This document shows positions 21,950-35,200 of a stretch of 64,000 bases of DNA, piece by piece (the first letter of the stretch is position 1; each line of letters begins with the position of its first letter). Source of the DNA: Basidiobolus meristosporus CBS 931.73. Taxonomy: Eukaryota; Fungi; Basidiobolomycota. Location: positions 186,001 through 250,000 of the forward strand of contig MCFE01000003.1 of NCBI GenBank assembly GCA_002104905.1, given 5' to 3'. Under the pieces are notes generated by a model. It saw only the letters and a program-made list of their open reading frames with translations, did not search any database and was not told the origin of the DNA. Made by a program: the position numbers and the translations under genes.

Positions 21950-23292
21950 ATGAGCAACGACGTCCCGGTACAGAGTAGTTACCCTGCAGGCGTATTTCGT
22001 TCTAGATTACAAAACGTTCGCTCTCTGGTTGTTTTATTGAGAGCCATCCAGTTTAAAGAGGTATTTCTCTTCGACAATTGTTGGCTCCGACCGTTCTCAT
22101 AACAAACTTTAAGAGAGCTGTATGCACCATCACTCCGAACGGACTTAAATTCTCGGTTGAAGAATCACGATGTGTTCAGGCCCACGCCTATTTACAGTCG
22201 AGCTTATTTCAAGAGTACCAATTCGACGCGCCAATCTCCTCTATAAACTCTCAAGAGAATATCGTCTTTGGAGTGCAACTCAACACTTTGATAGAATGCC
22301 TTAATATATTTGGCACTGCGAACTTGAATCAACTTGGCAATACCGTGACTACTAATGGAACCGCCTCCACTATGCCCGTATTCAAAAGCCAAACTGCACT
22401 TGTTATGTCATATGAAGGATATGGTGCTAATCTGGTCTTGACGTAAGATACAATAACACAGCCGTGTTCTTAAATTCGGCCGGTCGTTAACTCAATAACC
22501 CACTCAACTCAAGTCTAGAAGATAATGGCGTCATCACCGTGTGTAAGCTTTCCACCTTCGAGCCGGAGAATCTATTGAGCTTCAATTTCCAGGAATATTC
22601 AATTACCCAGAAGATAATCATGAAGGTAAAACCATGACAGTGCGCTACTTTTGGAAACCCCCACCCGTTGACAAGCTATACGTTGCTCTAGTCTGAATGG
22701 CTACGTGATGCATTGAGTGAATTAGACATATCTAGCGAGAAGATCACGTTTCTGATATCGCCGCAACCACCCTATTTTCGTATGTCTACTATAGGCATTA
22801 GTGGGAGTACAGAGGTATTCGATACTCGAATTCGATGATGTTTATAAAGCTAACTGTGATATTATAGATGGACTATCCACGAGATACCGACGTCCTTGAG
22901 TCATTCTACTGTACCGAAACTATGTCTAACAGGTGTTGTATGCCCCTATATTGCCTATTTGTGTTCGAACACCTCTTAACAGTATGGCTTTGTTAGCTAC
23001 AAACTTTCTCAGGTACAACACGCCCTGAAAGCACTTGTTTATTCCTCGAAGACATCCATACGAACCAATGAGAAAGGATTTCTCGCTATGCAGGTAAGTA
23101 TACGCGCCTTTCTTTACTACGCCACACTAAGCATTGGTTTGTTAGTTCATGATCCCAGCCGAGACGGAAATCAGCTTTGTAGAGCTATTGGTATGAACAT
23201 GCTACATGTCAAGAACGACCGCGCCAACTAACACTTTTGCTCACTAGTGCTCCCCGCTCGAAATCGACCTGAATGAGCAAGAAGCACAATAA
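21950..23292 (+). CDS. RAD1: 9-1-1 checkpoint clamp subunit Rad1/Rec1/Rad17, multi-exon
   Basis: Exons NVRSLVVLLRAIQFKE, GLKFSVEESRCVQAHAYLQSSLF, TQKIIMK|SEWLRDALSELD, SKTSIRTNEKGFLAMQ are typical of Rad1. Confidence 0.9.
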
Positions 23293-23569
23293 CCACCTGT
23301 ACATATAGACTTCCCAACGACGTTTCAACAATAGTGACTGAAGAAATTTTATTGAACAGTAAATCATGCTTAGCTTGGATCTATGTTTCTCATCTACAGT
23401 ATCTGGGTGGAAAGAGGTGGGGAATAGATTATTGATTACAAGTCAAATGGGATATTAAAATATACATATTGCTGATAATATGTACATATTAATGAATACG
23501 ATTAATTCGAGAATGACAAGATCCAAGTGGTGTTGGGCATTAAATCAAGTAGTATCCAGTAGTTGAGGG

Positions 23570-25271
23570 TTACTCCGAATCTGATATCGCTTTGGGCAAT
23601 GACCTATGACACCTTCTCTTGCGCGATGGGACCATGACATCCTCTTCTGACTCGCTTAGCTCCAGACGAGTACGTACTCCGACATTACCATCGTTTTCGT
23701 CCTCCTCGCTCCCTTCACTTCTGTTCTCTTGTTCGTCACCAGAGTCGTTCTCTATAGGTGAGAAATTGGCTGCCTCCCCATCAGACGAGCTAGGTTCATC
23801 ATCGTCTTTCCTACGACGATAGGAACGGCGGTCATAGCTCTGCTCATCGTCCTCGTCTGACAGATACCTATCTCTGTCGACACCATCATCGTCATCTTCA
23901 TCATCTTCTCCAGAACCTCGACGCTCGAAGGAATCCCAATCATTACTGTTGTCAGGGTCGTCGTTGGACTCCTCGTCGTCATAGCGACGACGTGGCCTTC
24001 TTTGATATCCAAGCTCCTCGTCAGAAGGATCCGGAGAATCGTCGTTGTTATCCTCAATAGCCTCATCGTCGATAAATGAGTTTTGTGAGCCCGACTCTTC
24101 GTCCTCCTCCTCGTCCCCTTCCTCTTCTTCTTCCTCCTCCTCCTCCTCTTCCTCGTCTTCCATATCTGAAAACAACAGGCCACAATTGGTACATTCCCTG
24201 CCTACAACTTCCCAAGAACACCGAGGGCAACGACTATATGTGACGTGTTAAAGAAGTGATAACGCAAAGTTAGCCAGAAACCCCGTACCTGACGCCATCC
24301 TGAGAATCCACAATTATACCGGCACCATCCAGCGGGAAGATCCCAGCCCATGGATCCTCATCGTCATCGAACATCTCCAGCTTTATGGTGTGCTTTTGGA
24401 GATCCTCACGCAAGGAATTCACTTGATCTACGAACGACTCGACCAACTCCTTGATCGAAAAACTGAAATACGGTCTCCGACTGATTTTTTTGCGGCAGCT
24501 TGGACACTCTTTACGCACCTGGAGCCATTCGTGGAGGCAGCAATAGCAGAATGTGTGTCCTGTAAAAAGCATGTTTAACCAAAGGACAGCTACCCTGTAA
24601 GAAGGGATTCTTCACTCTACCACATTCCGCAGTGCATGGTGTCTTGAAGTAATCCACGCAGATAGCACAGCTAAGTCCTAGAACGAAACGGTTAGCTCAA
24701 ACGTCCTTCGAAAACTTGATACGCCGCGAAATAAACCTTGTTTGTATTTGGGATTTATGTTGATCATCTCATCTAATAACTTGTTCTTTCGCGAAGTCGA
24801 TTCACGAAGTAGGATTATCTCTTCTTTGAGCTCCTCAAGTGACATCTCATGTACCTCTTTTGTATGGACAACCTCACTCAGGATCTTCGAAGGAATCTCT
24901 AGGATTTTGGCGAGAGAGTCATCTTGAGTCTTCTCCTGGGTCTCGACGGCTTGGCCGTTTTCCTCTGTGTGGGAGACCTTTGTTGGGTCGGAGTGTTGTG
25001 GAGGAGTGTTGCTGGTGGTAGGAACGGGAGAGAGGTTTTTGGAAGCCACTTCGGTGGGGCTTTCCTGAGAGGTGGCCCTCTGGTCTGGTTTCGAATTCCC
25101 CTCGTTTGGTGGTTCATTGGAGCTTTTGGGGTCGGAGTTGGATGCCGCGTTCCTCTGTTTTGGTTTGGTTTTATTGGTCGAGTCGCTTGGTTTGGTGTTA
25201 GGCAAGGTTGCGGTAGACTCCCCCTCACCATCTATGGTTTTTTTCTGCACCTCTGAAGAGCCGCTTGGCAT
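23570..25271 (-). CDS. RING-finger E3 ligase, Psh1-like (C3HC4 RING + DGVxRC..C.WE zinc motif + acidic tail), multi-exon
   Basis: Spliced RING CAICVDYFKTPCTAEC|GHTFCYCCLHEWL..KECPSCR; downstream DGVSRCPRCSWEVVGRECTNCG; long D/E-rich C-terminus. Confidence 0.7.
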
Positions 25272-25562
25272 GTTGCTGACCTAGCTGTTAGATAAGTTAT
25301 TCAAGAATAGGATTTACTCCTTGCTAGAGAACGCGTTCGTGTATCACTGATTCCTAAATTGTTTATTTTCCAAAGCTATCCCTCGTACCAAGCATATCTC
25401 AGTTGATCAAAATACCAGCTGATAACCATTACTGATTCCCACAATCAATTAAGAATTAATCGAACGCCAACCAGTCAAGGGCAAGGAAGCCTTCATCTCT
25501 TCCATATGCCCAGCTCGATTGGATAGTCCGGGAATTCTGGGAATCCCCTCTCAACCCTGATG

Positions 25563-26418
25563 ATCCCACAATTCCTGGATGGTTTCATGGAATACAAATT
25601 GGCCGATGCTGGTTGGAGCAACATTATATCTCACGAATTTTAACGAGCAACTTAATTCTACTTCTTGCTTATCCTTGAGAGAAGTAGCCAGACATTGCTC
25701 AAGAAAGACTCACGATGTATGTAAAACCTCATTGCGATGGGCAACCCATGATACAATGATACCTAAGCATCGGGACATCTTACCTTTATCTGAACACAAA
25801 TACCAACACAGCTTTATTGAGTTGAATTCTCAGTATTAAAGTATCAAAAAGATGCAGCAAAATGAGAGGATATTGCAATCGAAATGCTTGCCTGATATTT
25901 CTAGCCAAAAAGTTGTTTAGTACCAATCCCATAATACAAAATCTGTTGTACATGCTACGAAAGTAAATATCCTTTTTTCACACATCTTCGGAATCTGATA
26001 AGATAACAGTTGAGGAACTCATGTTGGTGCTTTTCGTATAAACCGGTTAATGCCGTTTTGTATTTGTCAGGTCTTCTCGAAGTTGTTAGTTAACGAGATT
26101 TTTCTATATCAAGAGCAGTTTGTTAGGTTATTTTGATTTTTGTATACTGAGAATTTAACTCAATAAAGCTGTGTTGGTATTTGTATTCAGATAAAGGTAA
26201 GATGTCCCGATGCTTAGGTATCATTGTATCATGGGTTGCCCATCGCAATGAGGTTTTACATACATCGTGAGTCTTTCTTGAGCAATGTCTGGCTACTTCT
26301 CTCAAGGATAAGCAAGAAGTAGAATTAAGTTGCTCGTTAAAATTCGTGAGATATAATGTTGCTGCAACCAGCGCACACCCATTTTCTACTCCTTGAGCGT
26401 TGGAAGGAATTGTGGGAT
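25563..26418. mobile_element. Non-coding long-inverted-repeat (MITE/foldback-like) element
   Basis: 229-bp arms 25608-25836 and 26144-26372 with 3 mismatches, 307-bp spacer; outer 14-bp IR ATCCCACAATTCCT (25563-25576 / 26405-26418); no TSD identified. Confidence 0.7.
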
Positions 26419-26763
26419 AGGTAGAAAATCCAGGTAGAAAATCCAACGACCTAGATCAACCGACAAATTTAAGCATCGACTTCTCATTGAACGAAACACA
26501 GATAGCTACCCCACTCTGGATACACTACGGATAGATGCGAATTCTGATGGGATGCTACAAAAACGGAATATCATCCTATCAATCCAATAGGAGTGGTTAA
26601 TCATCTATGTTATGCAAAACCCCCCTTCAAATACTCAAAAATCTTTCCACCTGGTGCCCACTTTGGTCGCCTTGGGAATCGGAAATAAGAACGTAAACAG
26701 AGTTGTTAGTAGTGTTTCTAAGCAGAGATCCAACGACTTCCTTTTCTTCTTCACAGCACGAAA

Positions 26764-28674
26764 ATGTACAGAACGAATACTCGCAAATCCACCAGTGTTA
26801 CATCCAGTTCGCGCGAGGTTGACACTGTCTCCGGTGTGGAAAGCACCACCAGCTCTGCACGCCAAAGACAGTCGAAGCGGGACGAAATCATTCGCAAAAA
26901 AGCGGAGGCCGAGCTTTCTCGCAAGAAAACCACCCCCAAGCGTCAGCCCACCCGCTCCAGAAAGAATCCTGGGACGGTGTCTGCTTTACACCACTCCGCG
27001 GCCTTAACCATCCGCGAGAGCATGTCCATCGTAGAAGCTTCCCAGCTAATGGCAGCCAAACGTACTGACAGTGTTTTGGTGATAGATTCAGACGAGCATT
27101 TGTGTGGTATCTTTACCTCGGTCGATCTCACATACCGTATTGTAGCACTATCTCAGGATGCTCGTAGCATTCCTGTCTCAACCATCATGACAAAGAATCC
27201 CCTGTGTGTCACCAACGACACCTCAGCCAACGATGCTTTGAACATTATGGTGCACCATAACTTCCGCCATCTCCCAATTTGTAACGACGAGGGAGACGTG
27301 GTTGCTTTGCTTGATATTACCAAATGCTTATGCGAAGCTTTGGATCGCATGGAGCGCGCTTACGGCTCAAGCAGAAAGCTGTACGACGCGTTGGAGGGAA
27401 TCGAGAAAGAATGGTCAGTACAGCAAGCACCAATGCTTCGTTTCATGGAATCCTTGAAAGACAAAATGGCCTGTCCAGATCTGTCCGTTCTTCTTGATGG
27501 AACCAACCCACCGGAGGTATCTCCCAGAACAAGTGTCCACGATGCAGCAAAACTGATGAAAGAGCAGAAGACCAACGCCGTGTTGGTCATGGAGAATGGA
27601 CAACTGGTTGGTATTTTCACGACAAAAGATGTTGTTTTGCGTGTCATTGCCGCTGGCCTGGACCCTACAAAGTGTAGCGTCGTAAGAGTCATGACGCCCC
27701 ATCCGGATTGCGCCAGCGTGGATCTGACGATTCTCGAGGCATTGAGAAAGATGAATGGTAACCCTGTTGTGTTCAATGTGTTCTTTCGTTCGGACATTCA
27801 TCCAGTATCAATTGTGAAGACGGAAATTACACAAACCTCCCTGTTGTCAACGAGGCCGAGCAGATCATCGGTTTGGTCGACGTCCGTAAATTAACCCATG
27901 TCACTTTGAAGACGGTATGTTTCGTGTTGCGGACTGGTTCAACCGTGGCTAGTGTACTGACCCCCTACCTAGCTTGAGAATATCCAGAGCGGAGATTCCG
28001 AATCCGACGCCGGACCGGTGTGGAGTAAGTTCTTCACCGCCTTCGACAACGACTCGGAGTCCATTACATCGGATGCTCGTAGGTCAGAGAACCAAATCCC
28101 CGGAACCCCCGAGATCTATCCCCACGAATCTGCGTCCGCTGTTGAGGAGCCCACATCTAGTGTGCACTACTCCTCCTACACTAACCCACAAGATGACACC
28201 TTTGTTTTCAAGTTCAGCACTGTCGATGGCAAGGTCCACCGTATCATATCAGAGTTCAACAACTTCGAGAAGCTCCGGGATATTATGTATTCAAAGGACC
28301 ACAGCCTGGACCCGCAGAATCCATTGGACATATGCTACGTGGATGATGAAGGTGATATCGTAGTTATTTCTAACGATAGCGATCTAGAGCATGCTGTCGG
28401 TATGGCCAAGCATCACGGCCTGGACCGATTGAAGCTCTCCATGGGTGTGGAGGCCATGGAGCAACTTCACGACGAGCCTCAAGTAGATATGCGCGCACAG
28501 ACACCCACACCTACACCCGTCCCTGTGCCCCAGGAAGCAGCACCCACTCCAGCCCCAGAGCCAAAGCCCAAGAGCTCATACGGATTGCCTATATCAGACG
28601 AGTTGTTTTACGGACTTGCCGGCGGGTTTGCCGTTGCTACGATAATGGGACTTGTCATGTCTAGGATGAAATAA
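26764..28674 (+). CDS. mug70: CBS-domain and PB1-domain protein with C-terminal TM anchor (Mug70-like), multi-exon
   Basis: RQRQSKRDEIIRKK, tandem CBS repeats (GIFT..DL..R, HNFRHLP), PB1 (FVFKF...YVDDEGDIVVISNDSDL), hydrophobic tail. Confidence 0.85.
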
Positions 28675-29050
28675 ACGTCCCTCAACCACCGGAGCTTCAC
28701 ACACCATCGTTAACATCTCCATGCTGCTAGGGCCATGATGACTGCATCGCGCATGGCTGAAGGCCCTCTAAAGTTAGATCTGGTCATTTTATTCACTTTT
28801 GACACCAGCCCATATACAATAAACACCTTATATATTTATACGATCCAATAGATAGCATTTGTCCCACTTCCTTGGCTTTCCTCCCGCCTACAGGAAATTC
28901 AGAGGTTTATTTTGGATTACGTGGCTCAAGAGAATCCAAATTACACTGCTGACATGACAGTCACTTGAATCCAGCCAGGTTAGATGTAGGCCGTCGGGTC
29001 GGGGTTAAATTGGCGTACAGACCTGGACAATCACATGGATCCGGACCAAC

Positions 29051-31009
29051 CTATTTCCTCTTCAATACACGGTCCAGGTTGAAGGCCGCGGATATCAGTG
29101 CGATGTGGGTGAAGGCTTGTGGGAAATTGCCCAAAGATTCGCCGCTCTTGTTGATCTCCTCCGAAAAGAGCGACAGATGATTGGTGTAGCCCAGCATCTG
29201 CTCGAATATCACCATGGCTTGATACAGCAAGGTTTTGTCGTACTCACCGGCTCGGGTCAACGCCTCAACCAGCCAGAATGTGCACAGGGAAAAGCTTCCC
29301 TCCTCACCGCCAACACCATCCTCCGCGGAGAGGTGGTTGTATCGGTAAACAAGATTGTTCTCCAAAAGGCCCCCTTTCTCAGGGACCTTCATGATGGCCT
29401 TTAGGGTGTTCAGTAGACGAGGGTCGCATGGGGCAATGAAGAAAACCAGTGGCATGACAAGTGTGGAGGAGTCCAACGTCTCGCGTGATTCATAGGATTG
29501 GGAGAAGTACTGCCGCTCAGGATTCCACCCCTTTTCCATGATCTCAGTGTAAATGGTGTCTCGGATCTGGATCCATTTGCCCTTGTTCACGCACGGGAAG
29601 TTACTTCTCTTCTCGGTGAATCGGATGGCCCGGTCCAAGGCGACCCAGCACATCACTTTGGAATAGACGAAATTCTGCTTCGCACTCCGTACTTCCCAGA
29701 TCCCCATATCCGGCTGATTCCAGGCGGTACATACGTACTCTACCATGCGGGTGATGTAGGTCCACATGTCGTACGAGATGGGCTTTCCGTTTTTGTTGTA
29801 AAGATAAATGGCGTCCAGGAGCTCTCCGTAAATATCGAGCTGCAGGTGATCAGCGGCCCCATTTCCAATCCGCACTGGCCTGGATTCACGGTATCCCTCC
29901 AGATGATCCAGCTCCATCTCCTCCAGTTCTTTGTCCCCGCGGATTGTGTACATGATCTGTAGGGAGCCATCGGGATTCATGGTCGAGAGGATGCGCTCCA
30001 GGTAACCCATGTATGCGTCAGCCTCCTGCGAAAAGCCTAGACGCAGCAGGGCGTAAATTGTGAATGCCGAGTCTCGGATCCAGGTGTATCGATAATCCCA
30101 GTTCCTCGAGCCACCGAAGTGTTCGGGTAAACTAAAGGTGGGCGCGGCAACAATGGCTCCCGTTGGCGCAAACACCATAAGCTTCAAGGCCAACGCACTT
30201 CTGAGCACGGTTTCGCGCCACTTCCCGTTGTAAGTTGACCGATTGATCCAGTTTCTCCAATAGACCAGCGTGCCAGTGAACAATCTGCATACGAGGGAGT
30301 CGGACAGCGGCGGGTTGAGTGACGGGTCTTCTGGCACCTCACGGAAGATGAAGGTAATGGATTGCCCCTCCGATAATGTGACTTTGGTCGTAACACCAGG
30401 GCCAAGCAGCCCATCTCTTTCCTCAACCTCGAACTTCCAAAATGGGCACTCGTGCTCACCACAGTCGTATGTGTACCGCAGGTCCATGGTCAGATTGGCG
30501 GACTGGAACTCCACTCGCCATGGGCCCACATGCGTGCTCTCGTCCAGGTTATCTGTGGAGTGTATCGTGGTGTTGTGACCATCCCGTGCATAGTTGAAGG
30601 CTGGGAAACATTCAATGTCAACATCGATGGAACCCCTGATCGCCTCCACCTTACGAATCATCCAGGGTAGCAAAGGTTTATTGTGGCCAGGGATTTCTTC
30701 AGGGTGATTCATAAAGTCGGTGATCTGTGATACGCCGTGGTCGCCAAGAAACTTCGTAGTGAGTATGTTCGAGTTGGGCAAGTACTGCTGTTTGATGGAT
30801 GTATAATGTTGTGGGGTTATCGAGAAGTGACCGCCTTTGTTCTTGTCCAGTATACGGGCAAACACCGATGGGCTATCGAAGTGCGGGTAGCAGAAGTAAT
30901 CAATCGCACCATCTGTCGAAGATAATGCAACCGTTCGCATGTTACCAATCAATCCATAGCTTTCAATTGGTAAATATCCAGTCTCCTTGCGATCTTTGTA
31001 TGCAAACAT
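29051..31009 (-). CDS. Glycoside hydrolase family 15 (trehalase/glucoamylase-like), intronless, 652 aa
   Basis: YLPIESYGLIGN, APTFSLPE..GG.RNWDYRYTWIRD, QLDIYGE, GIWEVR, EEGSFSLCTFW, LGNFPQAFTH motifs. Confidence 0.92.
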   Translation of the reverse strand: MFAYKDRKETGYLPIESYGLIGNMRTVALSSTDGAIDYFCYPHFDSPSVFARILDKNKGGHFSITPQHYTSIKQQYLPNSNILTTKFLGDHGVSQITDFMNHPEEIPGHNKPLLPWMIRKVEAIRGSIDVDIECFPAFNYARDGHNTTIHSTDNLDESTHVGPWRVEFQSANLTMDLRYTYDCGEHECPFWKFEVEERDGLLGPGVTTKVTLSEGQSITFIFREVPEDPSLNPPLSDSLVCRLFTGTLVYWRNWINRSTYNGKWRETVLRSALALKLMVFAPTGAIVAAPTFSLPEHFGGSRNWDYRYTWIRDSAFTIYALLRLGFSQEADAYMGYLERILSTMNPDGSLQIMYTIRGDKELEEMELDHLEGYRESRPVRIGNGAADHLQLDIYGELLDAIYLYNKNGKPISYDMWTYITRMVEYVCTAWNQPDMGIWEVRSAKQNFVYSKVMCWVALDRAIRFTEKRSNFPCVNKGKWIQIRDTIYTEIMEKGWNPERQYFSQSYESRETLDSSTLVMPLVFFIAPCDPRLLNTLKAIMKVPEKGGLLENNLVYRYNHLSAEDGVGGEEGSFSLCTFWLVEALTRAGEYDKTLLYQAMVIFEQMLGYTNHLSLFSEEINKSGESLGNFPQAFTHIALISAAFNLDRVLKRK

Positions 31010-32270
31010 AGGGATGTCGGTTGAGGTATTGTAGAAACGTGATGCCCTTCGCCTGGAGCTTTTATACCTCTTGCCTTCTTACGTATGTGATCAGATAACA
31101 TGAAACCACTGATTTCGGATATTTGAAATGCACTAATTGAAGAGCCAGAAACGGCGGAAATACACCGATTAAAGAGCTGAAAGTGGTATTTAATCCCATG
31201 ACGTAACATCCTCGCAAGGACTACACTGCTGGTCATGAGCGTCCAAGCATGATTACCCTATTAATCCAGCGCGGCCCTGAACTATACCATGTCTATCTTT
31301 GTAGGACGGGCTCGTCGATTATCATAGGCTGCTCATCTCCAACCGCTGCGTGAAAGTTCTGTTCTAATCTATTGGCGCAGTTATAGATCAACGTTGTCCG
31401 TCCAAACGGAAAATAGGGGCGCCGATACTATTTGATCCTCAGTTAACACGCGATGTTGAAATCCGGTAGAAATCTCGATATATCGTAAGGACACTCAATC
31501 GGTAACAATAACTAAGCAAATGTTGACAACAGCTGCTAGTTAGGTATTCATGCTGATTGGAGGGCAATATCTGAACTCCCTTAATCCAGCCATTTGGCTA
31601 TCATTGCCACTGTAACAAAGGAGTACTCACCACTCCCTTTGAGTCAAGGTATACAGCAACAGGAGATGGGATTAAAAATCGATGATTTTCACAGCCTATT
31701 ATCCAAGCTTTTCGATGTTTTCGTAATTCTTTGATTCCAGTGAATTGGATGATTTGCTTGAAGTGAAGTGGGTGCCACACATGTAGTTGAGGTTGAATCG
31801 GGATCGCACTCCATTATTCCTGCCAAGTAACCCTAATAAGAAAATATCGGTTTGCTTAATTCTATGATTTGTGCTCTTAGAGTCGAGTGTTCGACAAATT
31901 GCCGGGATCAAAAATTACTCCACTTGTAATCCCAAAAAAAGTAGGGAAGAACCTACAGCGACAGAACAATCGGTCTCTCTAACTTGACGAGCCTCTTTAT
32001 ATTCTCCATATAACCATCTGTCACTTGGGTATTTTGTCTGCCTCTTGTCATCAACAAGACGTATTTATTTCTCGGTACCGCAACCTTCCCCTTTTCGTGG
32101 ATTATCCTGAATAGATCGTTTACGTTGAACTCTCATCTCTTTTCAACCTCTATACACCAAACAACACCACTTTGAAAGAGTGCAGGTTCTAAGCTAGTGC
32201 AACGTCCCTCATACACGCAATAGAATTATCGACTGAGAATCTGTCCACTCACGCACCTTGCTATTAGATC

Positions 32271-35200
32271 ATGTCAGCACCACCCCAACCGCGCCCTACG
32301 CCGAAACGCGACTCCGATATCATGTTGGTATTCTTTTGTTGGCCCCCCTGTAAAATTCATCACCTTTTCTTGAAATGGTCCCATTTCCTAGTGGTCCGTA
32401 CCCCAAGGTCAACTCCCTCCTCTAACTCCAGTTTCCGTTCACAGGCTCAACAAATATATATACGACTACATGATTAAGAGAAAGTTCAAAGGGGCGGCCC
32501 TTGCTTTTTGGAACGAGGCGAATCTTCACTCTGAAAGTTTACCCCAAAATCCGAATCTCCAACGTCAACCGACCGCTTCACCCAAACCCGGCGATTCGGC
32601 GCCCAGCCCTGTCATAAAGAAGGAGCACGCCAATGCAAATAGCATCCATTTCGACAACAATTCGCGGAGCAGCAAGCCCGGCACGCCCATGAACGGGATA
32701 CCCCATAGCCGACGTACGACTCCCGGCCCTGGTCCGGATTATGAAATGTCCCAGGACGGATCATCCCTACCACACATACAAGTTCCAATCGATGCGCCAG
32801 ATGGATTCTTATTCGAATGGTGGTCAGTGTTCTGGGATATTTTCAGTGCTCGCTCTAACCAATCTGGCTCCAGTCGGGAGGCCCACACATACATCGAAAT
32901 GATCAACCAAGTTCGTAAATAGAGTGATCAATGCCGGGTTGATGTTCCCAGAATTCATTCTCTCTTTGTAATAGATGAAGCCTAGTCAACCAAACGCCCA
33001 GTCTATGAACCAGCCCATCAATCTCCATACCGGTGCCAATTCGAATCTGCCATCAGGTAGAAGTTGTGAGTTTTTGCTTGTGTCGAAGTCAGACAGACGT
33101 GGATGCTTACTAACTCTGATGCATTGGTCGTTCAGCTTCAACGATGCATGGGGATGTTCCTATCATGAAGGTCCAAAGCCCATCCCCATCTAGCAATATC
33201 CCGGGAAATGGGCAAGAAGCTATGGGTGCTGCTCACAACGATAAAGTAACCGCCAATGACTGCCATTTCCAGATCTCTAATCGGATGCTAACGCCTCTTT
33301 GAATTTTATCAGCGTCAGATGCTCACCAAACAAGCTATCATGAACAACCAACATCAACGTGCTGGTGGAAAAGGGTAAGCATTCGCCAAGGTTCTGGATC
33401 TGATTCTGTTTGTTCTTTATTAACGCTGCTGTAACAACAGGCCTGCTAATCAAATGTCGCCACAGCCAGGCTTTAGAGAGGGACCTCAGGTGCAGGGCAT
33501 GAATCCTTCATTACATCAACAAGGAGTAAGTCATCGTTTCTTAGCACATACGGATTATCACAAGCCCAGTTGGAATCGATTCCGTGATGGTTAACGGGTA
33601 TTTTTCAGGCAAAACGCCCTTCTGTAGAGCCCCAAAATGATCCCAACAGCTCACCAGTCATGGGTCCGCCCAACCCCTCACCAAAGAAGAGGCCTAAGGG
33701 GTCACCGGAAGTAGGCAACACCGGTTTGAAAAATCCCATAAACTTTTCCTTTGCACAATTTCTAACAGTGCTCTAATGAACAGGGATGGGAAGTCAATCC
33801 CCTAAAAGTCAACCTCAGTCTTCACCATTGTCTGTGATGCAACAAGTCAATGGGATGTCTCCACAGGTATAGTGCATCTACTTTAGAGTCCGGCATATAC
33901 GTTGGGGAATTCGCACTTATGCCATTTATGTAGCAAATGAATGCACTTCAAAATGCTTCCCAAAATAACCAAGCCCGCTTTGCTCTGGCCCAGTACCAAC
34001 AAAAACTCGCCTCACAACAGGCCGCCATGGCGGCGGCCCATCTGAACACCAATAATCCCACTAGCCCCGGCAACGCTGTCAGTCGACCTAACCAACCTGC
34101 TGCCTCGGCAGCCATGGCACACCTTTCTCCCAATCAAGCTACCACTCCGTTACCACCGAATGTGGGAAATACGAATGGGATGGCAGCCTCCCCCATGAAT
34201 GGAATGAACAATCCAGGGGGTGGGATCAATAATGAGTATCAGTATCAGCAGTACATTCTCGAGAGTCAGAAGCAATTCGCCATGCTTCAACAGCAACAGA
34301 GGAACGCTCATCAGCAATTACTGATGCAGCAGAAACAGCTGCAGCAGCCAGGAGGAAACAATAATATGCTGAATCAACGAGTAGCCGCCGCCAATCTTCA
34401 GCGACAGCAAATGATTCAGAACCAGCAGCGTGGAATGATGGGCCATCCGGGTGGCATGAATCCAGGTGGACAAATGGCTGGAGCTATGCACCAGCTATCT
34501 CCACAGTCTGCCAATGCCAACCTGCCGAACATGGATGATCCAAATATTCCTCGTTCAGGTCCAGGGGTAATGTCCAACGGGATGGTTCCCGGTTCCAACC
34601 CAATGAACGGCGCACGTCCAGTGATGGCCGGCCGTAATATGATGAACGGCGGAATGGTAGGGATGAATATGAATCCAAATGCGATGCCACCCAATGCCGC
34701 TTTACTCTACCAACAGAACCTGATGAGAATGAAGAATGCACAGGTGATATGATCCTCGACGAGTGTTGGAAACATAACAGTCTACTAAAGCATGCATATT
34801 CTCTATTAGATGCTACAACAACAGCAGCAGCAGCAGCAGCAGCAACAGCAACAGCAGCAACAACAGCAGCAACTTCAGCAACAACAAATACAACAGCAAC
34901 AAATGCGAGCTGTTCAATTCGCTCAAGCCCAGCAGAACCAAAGCATGATGAGAAATCAGAAGATGGGTCAAAGCCCAGGAATGGGCAATGACGACTCGGT
35001 AAGTTGACTAATTACAGGACTCTTTCTTTAGGTTCAGGCCAATTCAACTGACGTGACATTTAGAATGTAGGGAAGCCCAGTAACATCAACATGAACCAAA
35101 TGCACCAGATGACCTCGCCAAATAGCAATGCCGCACTAAACGGATCTCCAGTGGGACCTGGTAATTTGAACCCAGGCCCACAAGGACCCGCCTCGGTCCC

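Noticed and set aside
25579-26446. Two ORFs encoding the same ~70-aa stretch on opposite strands
   Set aside because: A by-product of the 229-bp inverted repeat; starts differ, no recognisable domain, no evidence of coding
29051-31009. Intronless GH15 as a bacterial horizontal transfer
   Set aside because: Lack of introns alone is insufficient; as recalled, this GH15 subtype has fungal members. Only a phylogeny could revive the idea
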